From: Moniliella sp. 'wahieum'
Lineage: Eukaryota
DNA: 64,000 bases
Assembly (NCBI GenBank): GCA_003971905.1
Contig: RSEE01000081.1
Span: 62,001 to 126,000, forward strand
Reading direction: 5' to 3'
The translations under genes were made by a program, and so were the position numbers. The notes under the pieces were generated by a model. It was given only the letters and a program-made list of their open reading frames with translations, did not search any database and had not been told where the DNA came from. This document shows, piece by piece, positions 56,455-64,000 of the stretch; the first letter of the stretch is position 1; each line of letters opens with the position of its first letter.

Positions 56455-59069
56455 CTACGTCGTCGATGCCGGCGGCAGCTCCTTGGCTGCGTTCATCATC
56501 GCCTGTGCCTTCTCCGCTTGGCCTTCGCGGTAGGCATCCGCTATCAAGCGCGACACGGCGCCAAGGTATGCGTCGCCCGGCTCGTTGCGGAAGAAAAAGA
56601 GAAGTGTCTCGGACAACTTGAGCAGCTCGGTCTGGGTCAGCGCAGCTTCCCGTTCTTGGCCATCCGCATGGCTGTCGTACGACCTCGTCCATACGTTGCC
56701 GCATGCAGATCAAATAGCCAACTGATCGCTTCCAACGGACCTTCCACGTGCATCACCCGATCTAACCCAGTCACCACATCTTGCAGACTAAGCCAGCCTT
56801 TGGAATCGGTATCCACCACCGGAACAAACGCTCCACCGTCTCGTGCTCCGGCACCTTGCGTTCAATCCGCTGTTGAAACCCATTCGAGACAATGTACTCG
56901 TCCCGCGCCACGTCGCCCCTCGCCCAAAAACAACCGGAACGCAGGCAAGCTGATCCGCATTTCCTTGTAGTCATTCTCCACGTCCACCTCGGCTGTGGCA
57001 CGGCGGCGGGCGCTTGTGCTTCCCCCGACTCGTCACCCGGCAGCCCGGGCAGATCGACAATTGGAACGGGCTCCGCTGCCCCAAAACGTGTCTTGTCCCC
57101 ACCGCCCCGGCCGGGGCTTGGGCAGACGTCTCACGAGGAAGGTGCTTGGCACGGTAAATGGCTTCGACCAGTTGGTCGTATAAAATCCGGCCTCGTCCTT
57201 GCTGAACCGGCCCATGTCATGCAAGTGCGCACGGCGGAACGTTTAGCAAACAACTCAATTTCTTGAATGATCTCGGTCCGGAACCGACGCCGTTCCGTCG
57301 CGATCGTCTCTTCGGTCACCGAGCCAAATTCGGGGAAAGCAACCACGAGCAGTTCTTGGAACTTCGTGATCTGGCGTTGGGGTTGGGACTGGTAGGATGG
57401 GCCGAGTTGCCCAGGCTGGCAAAGTAGCTTCATCAAATTTAAAAACGCACCATCGTCCGTCACTTCCAACAAGGCCTCGCCGTTGATTTTCAAAATGGCC
57501 AGACCAATTTGGAACAGCACGCGCGGACCCATTGCCATAAAGCAGTCACAGATCCGGAAGGCAAACACGAGCGGCATCGAGTTGATGTACAGCGAGAGGA
57601 ACCAGGGTAAGGAAGCCACGCTGAGCTGCACCTCGGTCTCAACCAAGTGGTCGTGCAAAAGAGGAAGCAACCGCTGTACCAGTTGCTCAAACACGCGCTG
57701 GTCCAGTAGCGTGCCCGACATGGATTGACTACCACCACCAAGGTCAGTTGGTTGCTGGCAAAAGCGGCGCACACAAGGCGCAATTGGGGGGAGGGGGAGG
57801 GGAGACGTACGTGTAGTAACCCGGCAGCAACCGATCGCACAATACATCCAGCAACCAGAAGCACTGTTCCTCCGACATGTAGATGAGGAACGCAGCTACA
57901 ATGATGTTCATCGCTTGGCAGTACCCTAGTTCGGGGTTCTTCCAACTGTACGCTGTTAGCACGCGCCGCAACGCCGCAAGCCCTTCCTCGGTCTGGTACC
58001 CGGGTACTCGGGCAAACTGCGATTGAGATCTTTCTCAATCTCCTCTGTGCTCGTACTTCGTCGTCCGGCATGGGCCTTGAGGATCTCGGCGTACTCGCCA
58101 GAATGACTAAAGCGGTGGTAGATGCTGCCCGTCATCAGTTCCCACAATTCACCCCTCAATCGGTTGGGGAGCCTACTTGGATCAGCCGCGTAAACTGCGG
58201 GTACCGAAGTAGGGTCATGTTGCGTCCGTGCGACAAGAGGTAGTCCCGCCACAACTTCATTTTAGAACGTTCCCGCAGCCTGACAAGAACAAGATCAGAT
58301 TCCAGGGTTAGGGTGGGTCAGTCGGTGTAGTGGACCTACGGTGCAGGCCCTGTCAACGTGTCAACGTACTTCCGTGGGTCACCAGGGTACTTGTAAATCG
58401 CACCCAGGCCGGCCAAGCTGTGCTCGCCCTCCCGCTCGCCGGTAAATTCGTCACCTTGTCGGCTCCTCGGTGAGAGCGTCTGTCGTCCGCCAGGGCATGA
58501 CGTACGATCCATCGGAGCAAAAGTCGTGCACAAAGGGCTTGAGACGCTTCATGTTACCCAGTTGTTGGCGCACTGGTCACGCAACGCGGAAGAGAAGAGC
58601 TCGCACTGCGGACGCAGCGCATTGAGCTGGACAATCTGATCCGGGGGAACCCGAGAATTGAAACGGTGCAGGGGGAGGGGGGGGGGTAGGGTCAGGATGG
58701 GAGACGCAAGCAAGAAGAAGGAGGAGGAAAAGTACGATCTTCAGCCATGCCACAGCGATGAGGCTGAGGGCAAACACGTTGGACCGCTGCACGTCCAGCC
58801 GCTCGACGCGGCGGATGCAGTAGAGCGGCAAGGACACGCGCAGGAGCGGCGGTCGAGCGAGGCGAAGCACAGGAAGGACTCGGTGAGCGCCAGGCGGCCC
58901 GCATACACCTGGTCCTCCTGCAGCTCGGGGCCGACGGAGGGGGAGGAGAGAGGAGAGGCGGGGAGCTCGTCGAGGGGCGCCTCGGTGGAGGGCAGGGTGA
59001 AGGCATAGGCGAAGAGCTCGGAGCGGGTGGGCTGGCGGTAGCGCGCGAGCGATGGGCGATGGTGGACAT
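56455..59069 (-). CDS. MDR1: TBC-domain Rab GTPase-activating protein with GRAM-like and EF-hand regions (Mdr1/Gyp2, TBC1D8/9 type)
   Basis: '[11 protein letters not shown]', '[14 protein letters not shown]', '[22 protein letters not shown]', 'LLDQRVFE', '[11 protein letters not shown]'. Confidence 0.92.
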
Positions 59070-59543
59070 GGCGGGGAAGATGCCCGGGGGAGATGGCGGT
59101 GTGGCTCCACGTTGCTCCGCTGAGGCTCAGACGCTAGCGGCGGGGGCGCTTACCTCATCGCTTGGGGGGCGCACGGCCACGGAGCAGGGCGCGTGCTCAC
59201 GTAAGCGCACGTGATTCAGCAGCGCCGGCACGCAGCCTGCGCCTGCGTCTCAGACGGCGCATGGCGGCGGGGGGGCAGTGTCCGGCTGCGGCGCTGGACG
59301 CCCAGCACAGGCACGCACGGGGGGCGGGGGCGCGAGACAGGCGCTGTGCCGGGGCGTGCGCTTCCGAGACAGGCTATTAAGTGCTCAGGCTGAGCGCTAA
59401 GCCTTAGCTAGTCCGACTGGGGCGACGACGCACGGAGGCTCAGCCGCAGCACTCAGCGCAGCCGCGGCTTGGCGCTTCTCCGGCCCTCACCTCCATCTCC
59501 ACCTCCACCTCCACCTCCACCTCACCTCCACCCCTGCCCCACC

Positions 59544-60612
59544 ATGCGCGGCTTTGGAAAGGCCATCTCTCGTGCCCCGCACATGCTACCAAGCGGGGCG
59601 GCCTCCCCGCCACCGCCGACCCCGAGTACGACGCCCTGGTCCAGCGCTTCGAAGACCTGGCCAAGTGCGCCACGCGCATGCGCCAGGACGCGGCCTCCTA
59701 CCGCCTGTGTGTGCAGAACATGCTCTGTCCTCCACCGCGTTTGGTGCTGGCCTTTCCAAGTTCTTTTCCCCTCGGCAGCGAGCCGCATGACTTGGTCGAG
59801 TCCCAGCCGCAGGGACGCAAAGCCCTCGCCACCCTCCCGGGTACGATGCGCTGATGGCCGACGTGCGCCAGACGGTCGGACCCGAGATTAAGCTGATTGA
59901 GACCAAGATTGTGGCGCCGCTCAAGGACTTTGAAAGCGGTGTGCGCGGCCATCCGTAAGAACCTGACCAAGCGGGACCATAAGCGGGTCGACTTGGAACG
60001 CCGCCTCGGCTCGTACGAAAAGGTAAAAACAAAAGGAGATCAAGACGCCCAAAGACGACAAGCACTGTTCAAAGTCGAACACGACTACGAGGCCAAGTCC
60101 GATTTCGATTACTTAACGATGCACTCAAGGCGGAGCTGCCACAGTTTTTATCATGGCGGTCAAGTTGGTGGTACCGCTGTGGTATTCGCTGTATTACATG
60201 CAGATCAACATCTTTACCTTTCGTACCATCTCATGGCACGCTTTTGGGACGACAAACTTCCTCTCGACAGGGAAGCCGAGACGATCAAGCCAGACTACCT
60301 CGCTGCACGGGTGACACGCTGGAGAAGATGGAACAGCTGTCTATCCATCACGATCCTGTGGCATCGGCATTGGTGATTGAGCGGTCCAAGATAGCCAAGG
60401 GCGCAGCCATTGTTGAAGCCAAGAAACGCGCTAGTGCAGAGGGGTATGTACCGGACAAACCGAGACGAGAAGCTCCTTATGTGATTGCCCTGTATGACTT
60501 TACCGCCCAAGCTGTTGGTGACCTCTCCTTCTCCGCCGGAGACAAGATCGAGGTCGTGTCGCGCACCGATTCGAGGCAGGATTGGTGGACGGGTAAGGTG
60601 CGTGGGGGGTAG
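59544..60612 (+). CDS. RVS167: BAR + SH3 protein, Rvs167/Hob1-like (frameshifted)
   Basis: 'MRGFGKAISRAPH', 'IRKNLTKRDHKRVD', SH3 'YVIALYDFTAQAVGDLSFSAGDKIEVVSRTDSRQDWWTG'. Exact orthology among BAR-SH3 paralogues is uncertain. Confidence 0.8.
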
Positions 60613-62194
60613 AGGGTGTCTTCCCTGGAAATTACAGTCGCGATCCGTGATTCGGTTGTGACGTGGGCACAAAAACAAGATACCCACATCCTTCTTGATA
60701 CCTTTCTCCTCCCCCCGCCGCTCGAACCGACTGTCCACTTGGGCTGGATGCTAGCCCAATATGCATACGACGTGTTACGCTCCTCCTTTTGATCACACAA
60801 CGACACAATTGATGAGTTCAGCGGTGATTCGTTTGCTTTGTTTGGAGTCTCTTTCTCCTATCGACAATCGATTTTAAGGACGTTTATTTGCTTTTCCTTC
60901 TCCCCCCGTCGGGCATAGTGAAATGAGTACCAGGTATTACGAGTTGAGCAGAACCAAGGGGTAGGAGCATTGACAACGAATCGTGTACAGGAGAGGTCGT
61001 ATACGTCTCCTGGTGTGGAGATGAAGCAGCGAGGGGAAGAAGTGAGAGGAAGAACTCTGGATGTCAGTGCCAACTCGCTTGGCACTGACAAGGCTGAAGG
61101 CAGAACGTTGAACATTCCCAAAGTTTTGCAGGCTGTTCAAAAGTGTTCGTTCAGGCCTCTCGGGCCTCAGCCGGTAAAGAAATACCCCTTGCTTAGGGGT
61201 CAGGCCCAAAAGCTTCAAGAGCCTTGTTCGCACTGCAATTCCTATATTCATAGACCTCGATCTGTCAGGTTTTACCGGGAACCCCACTTGTTATTGTGGA
61301 TCGATTGATCGATTGATCGGCTTGCTCAGACCTGGCATAGGATACTAACTTCAAGCTTCACCCCGCCCCGTACTAAGTACTGGTATCTTCATTGGGGATG
61401 GGGTTGTATTCTATCCAACAGTGCACTTTTTAGGTGGAGCCAAAAACCTATATACAAGGGTGGCTCGTGCGTCACAGATAAATGGTCATTGTCTCATCAG
61501 TGTCTTTTTACTAGTTACTCCCCTTCTTTAACTGTTCGCTAACCACTATGTACCGCCATCAATGTCTCCTCACCACTGTGGGACATCGTCGCGTCTATCA
61601 AACGGTGTTTCTTCATGCTATCCATCCGCGTTTGCTGTTGGGGCTACTGGTGTGTTGTGCCGGTGCCGGTGCTGCCATCAAAAAGTTGGTTGTTGTGGGA
61701 AGAGAAGGAAAATATACGCCTGACTAGCGTGAGTTTCTATACTCGCCAAGAGAGGGGTCCACCAGGGTGTCGACGAATGATGGAATGGGGAGGGGGGGGC
61801 GACTCAGCAAGAGCCGGTGGGGATGCGGCGGGGAGTTCGGCGATGGGTTGGGTCGAGGCAAGCGAGAGGTTAGTGGGTGGGTGCAAAAGCAGGCAGGATG
61901 GTCGATGGATCCGAGGCAGGTGGATTCTCTGTCGGCCAAAAAGCCACCCAAAAAGCCAGCTTTGCGGGGCGGCGATATATGCCCCACAGCCTAAGTCCAC
62001 ACTGCTCCCGTGCCCGCCCAGCCGCCTCGTGCGGACGCCAGGGGGCGGAATGGCGCACACAGACACAGTGCCCCGTCCCAGGGCGCTGCACGTGCTCTGG
62101 CCCAAAAAGCAAGCCTGCGCAGTCGGTCCGTAGCACCCCCGCCTCTCTTCACCCATCCACCGCCACCGCCATTGCCATCGCCATTGCCATCGCC

Positions 62195-64000
62195 ATGCCA
62201 TCGCCATCGCCTTCCACCGCCATCACCACCCCCACCACCATCACCCCCACCGCCTCTCCTCCTTCTGTACCTCCCGCCTCGCCAGGGCGCCATGCCCCCC
62301 CACCAGCCCAGACGGCGAGCCTGTGCCCGCAGCCCACCTGGTACGTTGCCCCTGGTCCTGCCTGCGGCTCCCCCCCACTGCATGCGCGTCCCGCCCCCCG
62401 CGCCTTGCACCTATCGAGACCGATATCGCTTCCTTGTTGGCCTCTGCGGCATGGCTGACCCCCCCCTCTCTGTTCTCTCCCGGTGCACTGACACCCGACC
62501 AGGCCCACAAATTGCGCCAATTTTACCTTGCATTTGACCGGCTCACGCACCAGTATCTTCACGTCTCCGACGCCCTTCGCCGCCGCGGGGGCCCCTCCTC
62601 CCTGCCCAAGGTTGATCGCCTCCCCCAGGACGACAGGAACCCGGCACGGGTATTCCCAAGGACGATGCTGCCAAAGACAAAGCGAAGCGCATCGAGGAGC
62701 AGCGTGAGATGGACAAGTGTCTGCAGACGTATGGCGGCTACTACCTACGCAAGGCATTCTACGACTTTGTCAAGGTCCGTACTTTCTCCTTCCTCCGTGT
62801 CCTGCTCTTCAAGTGCCAAAGGGAATGCTAACGTTGGTTATGATCCAGGCCGATTACGTCGACAGTGTCGCGCTGCGCTTCTTGCGTGCTCGCAAGTGGC
62901 ACGTTGATCGCGCTGTGGCCATGCTATGTGCCACACTTGGATTCCGCCTCGACATGGACATCGAGGGGCTTCTGGCCCAGGGCGAGAATGGCCTGAAGGA
63001 GGTGCCTGGCTTTCTGAATCAGTTTCGTCGTGGCATTTCGTATGTGCGTGGCAACACTGACGCTCCGGGCGAGCACCCCATTTACTACATCCATGTTGCA
63101 CGCCACTTTGCCAGTGCTCAGAAGATTGAGACGCTCCAACGATTTGTTCTTCTGGCTCTCGAGTCGACACGTCAATTGTGTACGCCTCCTTTGAAACATC
63201 CATCGTGTTGATGGACCTTACTGGCTTTGGCCTCAAAAACAGTTGCGTATCCCCTTCCCCCCTCCTCCTCTTTCTGGTTGTTGAACGATGCAGAGAGATT
63301 GACCCCTTTCTCACAGTGGACTGGCAAGGGTTCTAGCTCTGACTCGATCTCTCGAATCGTACTACCCCGAGTCACTGCACCACATGTACATCCACGCCGC
63401 TCCATGGATTTTCCGTGGCATTTGGCAAGTCCTCGCGCCAATGTTGGACCCCGTTGTCCGCGAAAAGATCACATTCACAAATAAGGTCCAGGATTTGGAA
63501 GAGGCCATCCCGGCGTACAAGCTTCGGGTTGCCATGGGCGGTACGATGGAGTGGGACTGGGACTACACTGAACCCGGCCCCCGTGAGAACAGTCTGTTGC
63601 AACATACGGACATTGCCGATCGCATTCGGGAGGAGCGGGACGCGTTGTGGGAGCAGTTTGAACAGGCAACCTTGACGTGGTGCCAATCTGCTTCGGACAA
63701 GGAAGTGCCCGACTTGGCTTTTGACCGCCTCGTTCTCCAAAAACAGATTCGTCTCAAACAGCTGCAGCTCAACCCCTTTGTTCGCGCCACTAATGTGTAC
63801 CAGCGCCAAGGTATTCTCACCGAGGCCAATTCCCACACGTGGGAGTACCCGCAACGTTCTGGCTCAATCCGGACTCAGACTGTTGGTGAACGACACGATA
63901 TTCCAGCTTTGGTCGAATGGCTCTTGGACCACCAGCAGGATATCTTTCTCGATTCGTATGGGACCCGGTTTGGAGCCTGTGGGACCGACCGTTCACCTGA
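62195..64000 (+). CDS. CRAL-TRIO (Sec14-like, Csr1-type) lipid transfer protein, truncated by the window end
   Basis: 'ALRFLRARKWHVDRAVAML', 'PIYYIHVARH', 'DLTGFGLKN', 'HAAPWIF', 'LDP'. Confidence 0.88.

Overview
GC-rich eukaryotic DNA from a fungus, most likely a basidiomycete. This is inferred from gene content, GTRYGT...CTRAC...YAG introns and a retained CENP-L, which fits Ustilaginomycotina or Pucciniomycotina better than Agaricomycotina. About 19 protein-coding genes are visible: Bud27/URI-like, Snx41-type sorting nexin, CCDC130/Saf4, Cwf18, Yippee, PRRC2-like, CSN6, CENP-L, Srf1, riboflavin synthase, a head-to-head UBI3(RPS31)/RPP0 pair, an amino-acid permease, a DYRK2/Pom1-class kinase, a Mdr1-type Rab GAP, a Rvs167-like BAR-SH3 protein, a CRAL-TRIO protein and three hypotheticals. 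Most CDSs, even RPP0, are broken by 1-nt indels, so the assembly is probably unpolished and CDS ends are approximate. Two non-coding patterns stand out. (1) A ~870-bp minus-strand tract (17837-18702) is packed with 8 donor-like and 8 acceptor-like splice signals that can be paired as nested introns, and it is strongly depleted of AG. (2) Most intergenic regions carry tandem 7-mers of T[C/G]A plus a 4-bp palindrome, and all eight mixed-base palindromes are used. No tRNA, rRNA, CRISPR array or intact transposon was recognised.
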